This document shows positions 48,001 through 61,355 of a stretch of 64,000 bases of DNA, in pieces. The notes under the pieces are model-generated. The model was not told where the DNA came from. It searched no databases and was given only the letters and a program-made list of their open reading frames with translations. Source of the DNA: Orbicella franksi (lineage: Eukaryota); NCBI GenBank assembly GCA_964199315.1, contig OZ116698.1, positions 5,828,001 through 5,892,000 of the forward strand, read 5' to 3'. Each line of letters opens with the position of its first letter. Position 1 is the stretch's first letter. A program made the translations under genes and the position numbers.

Positions 48001-48961
48001 CTACCCCCAGCGTTACCCTCATTTATACACGTGGGGGGGGGGGGGGGATAGGCAAGGTGAGAGTAAAGTGTCTTACCCAAAAACATAGCACAGTAACCCC
48101 GGCCAAGGCTCGAACCAGGACCCCTCGATCGGATGTCGTACCTACTGACAATTACGCTACCGCACCTCCCACGTGTTATATGTCAGTGCGTTTAAAGAGC
48201 AACTGAAACAGCAGCTCACTTCTATACAATGTGTATACACATGATCTGCTGTTTTTTTTTTTTTTTTACAGGAATTAGCTTTCTTAGATGCATCTAGTGA
48301 AGATTCAAATCGAATAGAACAAACTCAAACACACGACGGCTCTACAGGCGTCGTCACGCCTTCTGGAACTTTCAGCGTTGAGGAGCTGAACACTAGCATA
48401 CGACGCACAAGCTCGGCGAGGCGAACATCGGAGAGCAGTGATGTGTCGCTAGAGCGGAGTAAGTCATCACCGTCTCGGACGAAGCCTCCAGTACCAAAGA
48501 GACCATCTGTCCAGAAAAAGCCTCAGGTGTCAGTAGACGCCTTATTAGAAAGCGCACAAACAGAGGACTCTATATCTCCATTGAGACCGGTGTCGTTGTC
48601 ATTGTTACAAGATACAATGGCGTCGCTTCCTGTTGATGCGCAAGAGTTTTTGTTTTCGGATACGGACATTAACTCGCTTCCACTCGGTACTGGTGGACAG
48701 AGTAACATGAAAACAAACTTTAATGTGGAAAATAAAGGAAAAGAGTCTGAACTCCAAGAGAATTTAAAAGCTCAAAATCATATAGGGGCTGTGGATTTAT
48801 CACGCCTGGAAATAAGAAGAGACAGTGGGCCTTATGATAATGTACCGAAGAACAATCAAGCGCTGCTTACACGAAATTTAGATATTAATACAGAAGAGAG
48901 CCATTGTGAGAATCCAAGTAAGACTTGTAATTCCCAGCAAAGTTGGGTTAGTTTTGATTGA
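36029..48961 (+). CDS. DENND1: DENN domain protein 1 (connecdenn; Rab35 GEF family), 24 coding exons, 805 aa
   Basis: Exons: 36029-36045, 36112-36173, 37577-37620, 38209-38258, 38394-38501, 38850-38919, 39658-39750, 40322-40375, 40712-40773, 41423-41471, 41632-41681, 41991-42041, 42369-42414, 42875-42976, 43511-43636, 44646-44674, 45189-45261, 45519-45603, 46048-46097, 46627-46653, 46935-47036, 47273-47389, 47587-47847, 48272-48961 (sum 2418 nt, all GT-AG). MGSRL start; DENN motifs FTFVLTD-like, [33 protein letters not shown]-2/clathrin motifs FNDAF, LISLD and C-terminal WVSFD. Confidence 0.95.
43087..43358 (-). mobile_element. tRNA-derived CORE-type SINE in a DENND1 intron
   Basis: Reverse-complement similarity to the 27893 SINE, including the A/B boxes and the 3' portion that copy lacks. 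Confidence 0.75.
44029..44262. mobile_element. Kolobok-type MITE in a DENND1 intron
   Basis: TTAA|AGGGGCTCAGTCA...TGACTGAGCCCCT|TTAA. Confidence 0.85.
44780..45139. mobile_element. Partial copy of the 5221-5691 MITE family, opposite orientation
   Basis: GGTCGCTTACGGGAGGTTCCACTG end and reverse-complement internal matches to 5520-5560. Confidence 0.7.
47900..48170 (-). mobile_element. tRNA-derived CORE-type SINE in a DENND1 intron
   Basis: Reverse complement begins GGGAGGTGCGGTAGCG... with B box GGTTCGAGCC and GGGTAAGACACTTTACTCTCAC. Confidence 0.75.
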
Positions 48962-50322
48962 TGTAGCTAATATATGAAGGAGTAGAAATTTGTCGTGGGG
49001 GAGATTCGAGTCTGATCTGATTGGCTGCTCGCGTGTTCTCATACCTAATATTTATAATGTAAAAATAAAAATAAAATAATTCTTTTCACCACGGCAAATT
49101 TCTTCTAAAACAGTTTAAATATTTGGCGATATCGATGGTCACCTAGCGATTCTTGGTTGAACAACTCGAGCTCGTAGTAATATTGTAGTTAACAAGCGAA
49201 TTTTATTGAGAAATAATTATAAGGATCTAAAAAGGAATTATGTCAATTTTCGTCGGTTCTATATTTGAATGAAATTTACTACTAGTATTTTTGAGGTCAG
49301 TGGCGTGTAGAAATCTTCGGGAACACGTTTGCTATATGTTTTAAAGTTTTAATCGTTTCGAGGAGTGATTGGACAATCTCGACACAGAAAGATCAGTTTG
49401 TCTTTTAAGACAAGGCCACTGTAGTTTTGTGGTACAAATTTAAGATGCAATCTGGTATTGCATTCACAACAAACCGTTGTACTATAACTTACGAAAAGTT
49501 TTTTTCTTGTTAAGAATAAAATATATACCCGTGATGTCGTTTCACGCCATTTGAGGCCTAAAAGTGATGAATCGATTGTTTCTCCATACTGCTCTGAAAC
49601 GTCATTGAGTAGGCAAGTTATGAGAAAGTAGAACTTCATCAACCAGACAAGGCTGTCTCAATGTGCCAGTAAATGTCCATAATTAAATAAATTTCTTTTC
49701 CCTCTTTGGAAAGTATCTATTGGCTACGTGTATTTCTACTAGCACTGAAGGATTAATAAATGTAGTATTTTTATTACAAATGAAATATTTTTATTTTCCT
49801 CATTTGTTTTGTTGAGTGGTAAAAAAAAAGACCAATTGATTTTGTTTTACCTCCCAGCTCAAATCGTTTTCCGACTGGAGGGGAACGTGTCACGTGTCAT
49901 GGGTCAAAACTCACTAACTCCCTTTAACTTTCGACAGGCACGTGATCAGGTCGTGCTCCTTGAAACCGCGGCAAATTTGTTGTGCCAGCTGGCGTCAAGC
50001 AAATAATTTTTTCACAGTTTGTTTCCTATTTTTGAGTTGGGAGGTAAAACAAAACACTTAATGGCTGGGCCCCATGACCTCAGCAATGTTCAACATTGAG
50101 GGTCTCGGGGAAGCAAAACGCAGTGTTTCCCTTGGGGCCAGTCATTAAGTGCTTATTAACCTCGGCTGTTAAGAGAACTCAGGCGCGTTTCCACTGGCCG
50201 AGGTAAGCTGATGATAGCTTCAGTGAGGTTCATGTAACGTACAGATTGTTTTTCCTTTAAGATAATTCGGACAAAAACATGGGTGCAAGAAACAACAGAA
50301 ATGTATTTCAGCGTTTGCAATA

Positions 50323-50490
50323 GGCCATATTCGTAGTCTCGGTATTGGACTGGAACTAGCTTGTAACTGAGGCTAATGCAGGGAGTCTTTTCAAACGCAA
50401 CTGACATTAATCTCTTTTTAATGATATTCCCCCGCATGAGCCTCCATTACAAGCTAGTTCCAGCCCAATACCGGGAAGACGAATATGGCC
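50323..50490. mobile_element. TA-flanked palindromic MITE
   Basis: TA|GGCCATATTCGT...ACGAATATGGCC|TA with extended inverted arms. Confidence 0.8.
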
Positions 50491-51899
50491 TATTCTAAGG
50501 TTGCAAAATAATCTCCAGTTCAGTTTGTATGAAATTAAACAAAAAGCAAACAAAAACCTCTGCAGCACCTGGGCGTTCGATTAATTGCTCTCATTTGAGT
50601 AGTCACATCATATAATTAGAATAACATTAAATTAACTCGACAGTTGACTCTTGGAGTGGACGGGTTAAGTAAATATCACGTTTATTGCTCCTTCAGGTGT
50701 TACGGACATCTACGTTTCCTTTAGCGCGATGAACACACTAGTTAATAGACTGGTACAAAAACGAATTCGGCTAACTTTGCCAAATTTAAAATAACGAATC
50801 TTTACTGCTGTACGGACCAGTAACTGGTTTACTCGACATAACTGGTTTGCCATCGGCTTTTGGACCCCACAAATGACCTCGTTAGAGTGTTAATTATATA
50901 TTCTGTGTGAGAGAGATTTTTTTAAAAGGTACGGTACATGTACAGATGAATTATCAATTAAGAATAATCAGAAATAAAGGCGGTCGTTTGCATCGATTTC
51001 CTTGGCTTTTGTGTATATTTAGCTAACGGCGGTTACATTAATAGAATAGCCGAAGCATGTGTTGCGCCTTTGCCTGTTCAGGCGTTCAGTTAGTTGGGGT
51101 GCAGCGCGAAAAATAGCGCATGAATAAATAGGGAAGAGGCGCGGCGCGGGAAGGCTCCTCGTACCAAGTCTCTCTCTTCTTTTTTTCACTCAGCTGTTTT
51201 CTTACGCGCTGCGCGCCAACCAAATGAACGCCTGAAGAAGCAAGTTGCGCCGCCATAAGTACAGTAAAACAGATTTTGCGCTTCCTACACTTAAGCGATA
51301 TTTCAAACAAATGATGCCCTCAGCACATGCAGCAGGGTGGGAAGGGGTCGCACTTCAGTGAATTTCTATTGCCATTTATTTTTAAAACTGCCGTTGAGTG
51401 ATCTTGAGTGGCAAGCTCTATATTTACGTACTCGTTATTATTGGGGTTTAGATCTTTGCTTTATTCAGTACGGACCGAGAAAATATGGTGTTTGTTATCT
51501 CTCTTCCTTAGAAGAAAGGAAAACATTTCGTGTCAAGCACGCAGAAAACGACCACGCTGTTAAACACAGCCTGTAATACTGACCAATCATAGGTCGCGTG
51601 ACATCCTGAGAGACTGGATGTGGAGCGAAAATAACGTTCAAGTCTAAGAAAAGGAGATTAGTGCATTCATGGTTCACAGTCTACACCAAATACCCGTGAT
51701 TTTCTTTCACGGGAAATATATAGCGACTGACCGGCGGCGTGAGGTAAACCGCATGATAAATGCTGTAATTCTCCAAGGTATTAGTAGATAACGGGATTTT
51801 TCTAGTGAAGAAATGGGAGGAGGATAGAAGAGTAACCCATGCTTGCCGCTGTTTGTCGCTACAAAATTCACAAATCTTTTATGGCGGAAAGGAAGAGTT

Positions 51900-52110
51900 C
51901 ATCATCATCATAGTTCCTAGCTATCTTCTGGGAGAATAGGGCCATTGACTTGTCTCCTCCAATCTCTTCTGTCTCTCGCAACAGTGACGGCTTCATTCTA
52001 AGTACCAAAACCCATCTTTTGCCTCTCTCCCTCTACAGTTCTCCTCTGTCTCCTTTGGTCGACTTGTACTCCTCTTTCCCTCAGGTGTCCAGGTTAGGGC
52101 AATACGTGCA
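51900..52110 (-). mobile_element. RTE-clade LINE 3' end
   Basis: The minus strand reads IALTWTPEGKRSTSRPKET...VERERQKMG...ARDRRDWRRQV, followed by a (TGA)n tail, the typical RTE C-terminus and tail. Confidence 0.75.
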
Positions 52111-52489
52111 TGGATTAGGGCATGAAAACAACGCAGTTCTGTTTGCGGAATTCATCGTAAGCCAGGATAACACACACGGCGATAGATAACGGGAGACAAA
52201 ACACAGAGTCGACCATGCACAGAATCACTAGACAGGTTGGTGGCTAGGATATATCCAATTACCCGGGCTTATGAGATTATCGGGAAAATCTACGATTGTC
52301 TAGGCGCGACGGTTCGAATACCAAAAACCAAAAACCAAAGAAAATTGACAAACGATGGAATAAGCTAGGGAAATAACGAGCTGTCTTCCTAATGCGGCGA
52401 ACATAAAACTTAGGATGAGGTGGACTGAAGTGGCTGAAAATCATTTAAAGAGTGGATATGGAAATATATTTTTTTTGGAACAGGCTGCA

Positions 52490-52855
52490 TGTGCACTCCC
52501 ATATGAAAAGGTCAGTTATGCTTGCCGGAAAATTTGTATTAAACACCTAAAGGAGAATAATTTGGGCGTGACTCGAGCTTTCTTTGTCTCCTAAAAGATA
52601 GCACTTTAAACCAGCCGCTGCTTGGAAAAGGAGCCTGTGCTAGCATAGTAGACTGGACTCGAGAGAGCAGCGGAAAACGGAAATGAGAGCATTATTATTC
52701 TTCGGGTACATCCTAAACGATACTCTGACAGCTAAAAATAGTGGCGTTTGGCCTGAACACGCTAAGTGAGACTTACACCCTTAAGCGAGAATGCAGGCAT
52801 CTAGTCCGAGCTTTTCATGCGGGAGTGTCTCCTCGCCCCAACCCCCCCCTCCGGG
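52490..52855. mobile_element. Decayed MITE
   Basis: Imperfect inverted ends CACTCCCATATGAAAAG / CTTTTCATGCGGGAGTG. Confidence 0.45.
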
Positions 52856-53109
52856 TATCCTGTAAGCCTCCGCTCTATCCTGTTAGCCATAATGGGCTTG
52901 TTTTTAGAGACGTGAAATCTGGCACAGCAAGTCTCCACATTGCTAACATTAATTTCGTAGCGATGCGTTCTTAAAATCCACAAAGTAAATATATGGATAT
53001 AACTTATTAGACATCTCAATGTTAATCTTTGGATTTTATAATCCGTCCTTTGGCGAGACCGCAAATGACGCAATATACAGCGCTGTTACAGACCTGATAC
53101 AGGGTTTTC

Positions 53110-53345
53110 AATAATTAACAATTATTCACCGTAGTGGAGGTGAATAGTGGTGGATATCCATCACTTCCAGTGACACTGAGGTGAATAATTGTTTTTGTAT
53201 ATACCACAGAAGCTGAATAATTAGCGGACCAAAACGTTATTTTATGTGTGACAAGCGGTCGGAAATTTTAAAATCTCTCGCGCCGGCTCAGGCTCGGAGG
53301 TGAATAGTACTTGCTAATCACCTCTGAGTTAACCAATCAGAGTGG
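53110..53345. mobile_element. Palindromic non-autonomous element of the 18.9-20.6 kb type
   Basis: AACAATTATTCACC...GGTGAATAATTGTT inverted repeat at about 53116-53193, with a conserved-looking 3' CCAATCAGAG. Confidence 0.5.
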
Positions 53346-56300
53346 GGGCATGACCCCCCTGCCTGCTGTACATGGGTATTTTTATTGACCACAAAGCAGG
53401 ATTTTGTTTGACAAACTATTAATTTTTTGCAAAGAGGTGCATTTTGAATACCTTTCTAGGCAGATATCTCTCAGTGACACTTGATATCCACTTAGGCAGT
53501 AATTTCTTTGAAGTCCTTTCTTAAAACAAGTACAACTTCTCTGCTACTCATTCAAATGTACCAACATGGCAACAAACTGATTTTTAACTCTTCGGAAAAA
53601 AAAATGAGATGCGATAAACTTTACAACAAAATTCTTTCTACTAATATTCTTACAAAACAAAACCTCATTTTCAACTTTTCATTGATTCTCCCACGGTTCA
53701 TTATTGAGGTATTTAATAATCATAAAATAATGAAAAATTAAATCATCTTATTAAATCATTTAGATGTCTTAGGTATCCTGAGATGAACAGTGATAACACT
53801 GATCGGCGACTACAAAGAACAAGTACGCTATTTCTTTGGAACGTTTATTTTGCCCGCTTTTTTGTAGCATTTAAAAATTTCAGTGGTCGTCGTTGTTGTT
53901 GTATTTGCTTTTTTTTTTTATTAATATTATTTTATTTTCATTAATGAAATCCAAACTGACGGCGGTAAGAGGTCCTACAGGCGGCGGTAGACCGCCGGTA
54001 ACCGTCTTTTATTGAAATCCCTGCTGAGGGGACAGATAGTGTCATTGGTATCCAATGTCTCGCTTTCTCGAGGTCCTTTCTGTGTTAGTCGCAAGCGGGT
54101 CGCAAGAGAATTGAAGAAAACCTGTAAAACCGGTCTTTCAAATCAATGTTTGTACTCGCTTTTTGCGTTACTTGAATTCTACCGAGAGAAGTTGAATTAC
54201 AAAACGACACGATGTGGTGGTCCGAAACGCGATGTAGTGATTCCCTTTCAAAAGGTCCTTTTGTAGTTTCTGGTTATTCAACGACCAAATAAGTAATTAA
54301 TAAGTAATGCCCATCAAAGCTTGGAACAAGAGAGTTCTCCTCTTCTCCAAGTGTCGTCTTTTGATCCGTCTAGAAAACAAAACCAAAATAAGCTAAAAAC
54401 TGAGCAAAAACTGAAGACGATGTACAGCTATAGAATACTGACCAGCCATAGCTATCTCTGTTTGAAAATATGTTCTTTTAGTGAACACCTTCCAATTTGT
54501 TTTCATTTAGTCCTGTAGTTAGCCTGGATAGATTACGTTGAGTCATGCAAAACGAAACAAAATTGGGATTAAGCAGAACACTGATCTTTATCACACAAAG
54601 GAAACGACAGATGGAAACAAGATAAAACAAAACTGAGATAGAAATCTTATAAATATATACTGATAGAATGTTGTGGAAGGAAGTTTTCCGAACTGACTCT
54701 ACCGATTCTATTTCATCATGGCGCATGAGCTGAGAGTACGTACTGCTGGTCAAATGAACGCATTTTCTGTGATCTTTGTTGACTCGCAATATCGATAAAT
54801 TTTCAGCGGGTTCTAATTCGATGAGAACGCTTGAAAAGTCAACGAGAGTCACGCTCATTTTCCGCGGCCGTAAAGAACGAGATACCTGGTAAAGCACATT
54901 TCTGTGCTACTGACACTTACTGATAATCCTATGGCAGAAATGGAAGGTCTTTGAAAGCAACTCTGTCCTGTCGTTGAATTAAATGAAAAATGAAAGTAGT
55001 TGTTGCTGATGATGATGATGACGACGACGACGATGTCGATTATGATGGAATCATATTCCGCATGGTATCATATCTGTATTAATCTCAGTTTGAGCAGTCT
55101 TCCACGAGTAGTTATTTGATTGTGAGGCCTCCTGGAAACAATGCCCACTGAAGTATATGTGGCCTTTACACAGCTTAAAGTCCTCGGACATCTATAATGT
55201 CGAAATACTTGATGCTCAGACTCTGAGCGACCTGCAATCAGGATTAAAAGAGCAATATATTAGCTGAAGATTAGCCGTTTTAATAGCTCCGGGTATTGTT
55301 TTTACAGGACTTGAACAATTAAAAAATCCCCCGGTAATAATTGAGTTAAAAAACGAACTCGCTCTTGTATGAAAAGCTGAAGAATTTCTGTTGACCCTTG
55401 ACGCCCATTATGAGGAGCTTACAGTTGAGTGTTCCGTTATTCGTCGAGAGGGCGTTTGCAGCCATTGAAAAGAAATTGGGTAGTCCAAGGCAAAAAAAAA
55501 CCCCTCATAAACTTAATTGGTTTCATCTCCGCACTTAAGGTAAACTTTTTACCGCTACCAAACATTAAAGGAATGGCCAACTCGCTGCTGAATGTTCGAC
55601 TGACGACCGATAGACTGACTGACCGAATGTATGGGACCAAGTAAACTCTTTCTCGCTTTAGATGTCATTTTACTAACCCCAGTGCGGTTTTTGTAGTCTT
55701 CCACGTGGTCATTTTGGATTATGTTCTACGGAAGCAATAACAGTTCAAACACATGCCTAAATGAATAGCCCGATAGTATTTAATTGTCGAGACAAAGCTA
55801 AAATAAAATCTTCAGTAAATTTTAGACAGGAATAATTCGGCCTGCCGTAACGATTATAACGAAGAAAAATGCCAAACGCGAAGCGAGTAATTCTTTCTGT
55901 TGTTGAGACAAATCTCTAAACAATGTTTCTTTAACCTTACAACGAACTTAAGATGAGAACTTAAGCCATTTATTTAGCTTCCGAGTAAGAGTAGTACGTC
56001 AGGAACCTTTAAACGCCAAAGATTCCTGAGTGAAATAATTTGGATGAGAAGACTATCACCCGCATGTGCAAAATAATGAGGAATAATTTTTTCCTTAAAG
56101 TCAAAATCCAACATCTAACACTGTGATGAACTCACTAAGTTGCAATATATCCAGTTAATTCGATTTTTTCGCAGCGGTTACCGCTTTACGGATCACGTAC
56201 AGAGCTCCCAGTTCCAACACAACTGAAAAAGCGCGGGAAATATGCACGCGTGGCTTGGCATTACATGACGTTTCGTCTACTCATCACAGACCGTACTTAT

Positions 56301-56509
56301 TCCTTGTTGACCTCATACACAGTTAACATCAGGCACAAGTCCGCAATCATTATTTCATCTCCCTTTTAGACTCAATTTCTGACAGAAAGCATAAAAATCA
56401 CTCGTCAGTTTTTATGGTAAACAATATAGTTTTGTTTTTCCCACGGCTCAGTCCACCACGCCTGACCACCTTGACTAAATTGGCTTGTGAGAAGCCAAGT
56501 CGACGAAAG

Positions 56510-56596
56510 ATGCAAACGGCGTGTTCAGTTACTCTAAAGGGCCGAAGAATGTTGCCCGAGCCGAATTTGTTCGTGTTTCAACTTTTTCGTTTGTGG
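56510..56596 (+). CDS. Tentative first coding exon of the sushi-domain gene
   Basis: MQTACSVTLKGRRMLPEPNLFVFQLFRLW|GTATTT. The phase-0 donor would join 61356 to give a hydrophobic signal peptide. The donor is only moderate. Confidence 0.35.
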
Positions 56597-59500
56597 GTAT
56601 TTTCTGTATTCTGTCAGTGTTCTGTGGTCGGTCAATTTAAAGCGTTTGCTTGCATTTAGAAGTCAAATGCAATCTGAAATATAAATAGTTGAAATTTCCC
56701 ACACCCCAAAATGTTTTCACGAGAGTCTGTCATGTGTGGAGAGATGATTTGGGCAGTTTGTAGATTGATTGTCAAATCGTCCAAATGATCGGGAAGATAT
56801 TTGTAACGACCGGCACGCAATGTCTTTTTTTAGATTTGAAATTTTTTTTTTTACCTCACTCAATTAATTTACCGTTTTTTAGAAAATAAAGTTGCTGTTT
56901 CCACCAACATGTTGTCAATTAAGCGATATCAACAAGACAAGAAAAATTCCCAAACGATTAAACTGGCATTAATACCCTCTAGACAAGTTTGTAAACATAT
57001 TTGCAACACCAGATTGATAGGTGAACGAGATAATAGATTTCCGAAGTATTGCTTTGCAAATATTTTCTATCAAAACCTTTATCTTAATGGCACGTATGTC
57101 GTCGATAATTCACGATTAGAGAAAACGTCATAGAGTATTTATGTAAACGACTTTTTGAGAGGTATTTAGCAAAACCGCATCCACTAACGAAACACGAGAA
57201 GTGTTTTTAGGTTATTATAAACGACCTCTCAATAACTCGCACAATTCCCTGTGGAATGAAGCAAGCGCCAATTATGATGCTTATGTAAGACCACGTAAAG
57301 TTCTTGCTAAGTTGATTTGGAGGTTGTACGTTGTATTGAAGAAGTGCAGACATGGTTCCATTGCCCTCGGCCTCATTCTCCCAATACGAGTGGATCATAT
57401 AACAGACCCAGCTGATAAAGCGATGAGATAGTTCACGCTAAGACATTTGAAAGCACACTCAGTGAAAGATTAAGACGGCTTTGTTTACTGCTCAGTTGGT
57501 GGGAGAAGACCTGTTAACAACAAACGACGTACGACAACGAAATGCGTTGGGTAGGTGAACGAATTTTGTAGCTTTACCTGTGTTGTATGACTTGGAACCA
57601 TCACAAGTCGCGCCCTGTTCTGTGGGGAAGGGAAAAATAGGTTCGTTTACCGTCGTCACGAAGTATCGTTCGCTCTAAGTTCCAAAAAAAAAATGCTCCT
57701 TGAGCGTTTTTTTAGTCCAATTCATGCTCGAGATCAAACGTTTGTAATCCTCTTGTTCATGTTTGTTCACTTCATTCTCATAGAGTGAAACGAATTTCTA
57801 CTCTGCCAGCGTTCGATTCCCTGGGGTATCACATTCTTACTAAATCTTAAACTAACGTTTCCTAGCGTGAAATCATGTCATTTGGAGGCACAGGCAGGTA
57901 TTCGAAATATTTTCTCATCTGATGGTAAGCTTAAGAGCTTTATGACTGTTTTCATAGCACTACAACCAACTCATGCCTCAATGGGAAGTTTACCTGAAGA
58001 AGTATATAATCTACATGATAAACAAGTCATTAAAACATGCCTGACCCCACCAGTTATGTGGCCAATGGCTGATTGATATCTTTAACGCAAACTCACCTCC
58101 TTGTTTTATGATGTTTTAACTAAGAGCAAAAGCAGAACAGGCTCGGAATATGAGAATTTGATGAACATATAGTGAAGCAGCTGTCCTGTGTTGTATATTT
58201 TTAGTTGCTGTCTCGTTCTGTGACAAAATACCAGAAAATATTAACTACGTACTTGGTATGTGGCGGTCTGCAATCGAGATAATCAGACCAATTATGGCCG
58301 GTACAGAGTACAAAGTTATTGTTATTTTTTTAAAATCGCGACATACTTCCTAGGATAAACAAATACAGATTTTTACAAACTAATCAAGTCAAAATAAATG
58401 ACATGTGTCTGTCTAGAATTATGTTACAAAGGAAACACTTCTAAAGATGCAATCTAAAGACCCAATTCCCGGGACAGTGGATCTTCACATAGACATGTTA
58501 TTTTTGCCAATTTATAGGCAGACTTTATTTTGCTAAAAGCGATTGGCAAACGATAAATTATTCTGTAGTCGCGACGTTTGAGGCCAAACAACCTTTGTTG
58601 TTGATTGATTTGGACTAATTTAATAAGATGGAAACTGTACTGTTATCGACATTTTTGCAACCGATAAATTAGCAACCGTTGCATGCATGACAAAAAACGC
58701 AGCGAGATGTGAACATATATGCTTTCCTATAATTTGCAAATTTCAACTTAGGCTTAATGAAGTATTGATACTTGTTAGTAGCTTGTGTAAATAACAGATA
58801 ACTATAATCATGATTTGAACAATCGATTAACTCTGAGCTCAGCCTAAACACCTCACTTAAAGTTATCAATCACTTTAAATCTTGAGATGGATAAAACACG
58901 TTTTCAATTCCGTTTATTTTCAGGCCAAATAGGAAATGTTCAGTGTTATAAGTTTGTAGTTTTAGATGGAAAATTAGCAATAGTATGTTCACAAGACATT
59001 GCTATTGAATAAACAAGGTAAAACGGATTTCATAGCGTTTGGTTTCTAATTTAATAATGACTTTAATGATTAATAACAATGACAAGATTACTAAGACATA
59101 CCCACACTATGGGTTGGCTTAGAATTATGAAAGCTCTCTCAATATTACCGAGTTTCTATATGTGCAAGTTTTAACATAAGAATGCAAAATGTGTAGTTGT
59201 TTTTGGAGAACTGGACGTGGGCAAACTCTTAAGTGTAGTGCGCGTGTATCAATAAATCTAAAACGGCTTAAGTTCTGGTTTACACGTGTTGGCAACAGTT
59301 GTAAGGATTACACTGTAACCACGAAGGCCGTTTCCGCGTTTCAGATAAAATACATAAGAAGGAAATACCAATTTAGCTTTACCATTTCCTGTCTTAAAAT
59401 TGCGCGGGAGGCGACAGGAAATCAGATCGAAGATGAGCTTTTTACATATTCTGAAAGGAGGTCTGTTTACAAAATACTCCTTTTCATAAGTGGCCATTAA

Positions 59501-61355
59501 GGCTATGATTAATCATTTGTGTATTCTTTTAAATGAAATCGACAAATGTATGTTCAGTCTTCATTAAATTGCCCATAAGTTGCACGATCGAGTTGGTAGT
59601 TTGAGATATAAGGGTACATTGTCGTGAAAATTCCATCAGATTTAAGAGGATAAAGTAGATTGTATGTGCAGCCAGTAGGTCAATCAAGATAAACTTTTCT
59701 AACGCGGAGAACATTCTCAGCCCTTTCAGGGTCGATTTCCAATATCAATTGGGTTTTTTTTTTGTCTTTGCCAGACGATAATAATTTTGAGTGCACACGG
59801 GTCGAGGAACAAAGGGATACTGATCTATCTAGTGATGCCTCATTTTTGTACTAATAACTTTTCAAATCTAATCTAAAGCAAGGGTGGAAAAATTAAAGAG
59901 GAAGAATTCATATTTCCAACTTAGAATTAAATCAGTTGCACACTTTCACTTATTGAAGAGATCAGTTTCCTTTAGAATGAAATTAAACAACCTTTCCAGT
60001 TCGCTATCGCATTGTAGTGTCATTTTTTCAATTTCTAATATTTTTCTTCCTTCTGTGATCTGACCGCGTAGGTGGAAGTTAATAATCTGTTATTTGATTG
60101 TTATCATCTGACCAGGCACTTAAAACTAAAACCTATTATAAATAGACGTTGGATTTTTCAGTATAATCAGCTTTTTTGCTACTTATCATCTGTCGCAGTT
60201 GAGAGCCCCCATTCTCTTATTAAAACGCAAAATAATTGCATCATATATAGAAAATCTCAATTTAGCAAGCCAGAAGTACTTTACATTTTCCTTCTTTTCT
60301 GAAAACGTTTTATCATTTATTTTGCATTTTTAAGTTATCTTTCGAACAATATCTTTATCTATTGGCCTTATCCCAGTTTTGAACGATTCTTGGAGCACAG
60401 GTTTCTATTTAATCTTTTAAACAACCTTATCTGTCCATAATCCCCGCTTCCATACTGCCCGATAAGGCTTTCTTGACGGGCGTCTGTATTTACACAATAT
60501 CGGAACACAATTCCTCTAGCTCTAAGACAGCGGCTTTTTTGATTAGGTCAGCTGCACTTTTTCAAACTTGATCAAAGATTCTGGAACATTGTTTTTTTTT
60601 CCCTCGCTTTCGTCAAGTCTTTGACCGCGGGCAGATACCCCAAATTATTTACCGACAGTACCAAAAAAAAAATCCGATATCATGAACATAGAAATGCAAG
60701 CGCAGCTGATCGAATTTCCAATAAAAAGAAAAAAATATATACAAAAAAAAAAAAAAAAAAACGCAACGGCAGCTGACTATTGATAATTGAGTGCTTTCAT
60801 CAGTCTAGTTGTAAGGTTTGGAACATATTCAAGAATTCGCTGTTCGCTTAGATGTCATATAAACAGTTAATGAAATCATTCTCGATACAATTAACACTAC
60901 ACAAGATATTGCGTATTATTTTAACGATGCTTTTTTCTGCTATTAAGAGAGGAGTCGTCAACAATTAGGAACTTTATTTTACTGTTTTCCTAGTCATGGT
61001 ATTTTCTTCTCGCAAAGAGTAGTTGGGAACCTGTGCACGCATTAAATGAGCTACGTCACGATTTGCGCATCTTGAAAGCTTTAGTCCAAATGTTTTTAGT
61101 TCGTCGTTTGCAATCCGTGTTAATCTTCTCCATCCTTGACCATCCTTGTTCCTTTATGGTTCACTATTATCTTTTTGGTGTTTTTTGCTATCTTAGTAAA
61201 CTACTATTTTCAGGTTTCCTTCAATTTAAAGGTTATTTTGTACGTAGCCAAAATAACTAAAAATAAGGTGACTGAGCTCCTTCAACACCTTACAATGCGA
61301 GCAACATGGCCACTCGAGTTTTCACGTACGCTTAAAAGGATCCATTTCATTACAG

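Noticed and set aside
48443-48961. 172-aa ORF as a separate gene
   Set aside because: It is the in-frame 3' part of the last DENND1 exon (48272-48961).
56900-60900. Short ORFs in the ORF track across this interval
   Set aside because: No recognisable domains or splice-consistent exons; probably intron 1 of the sushi gene.
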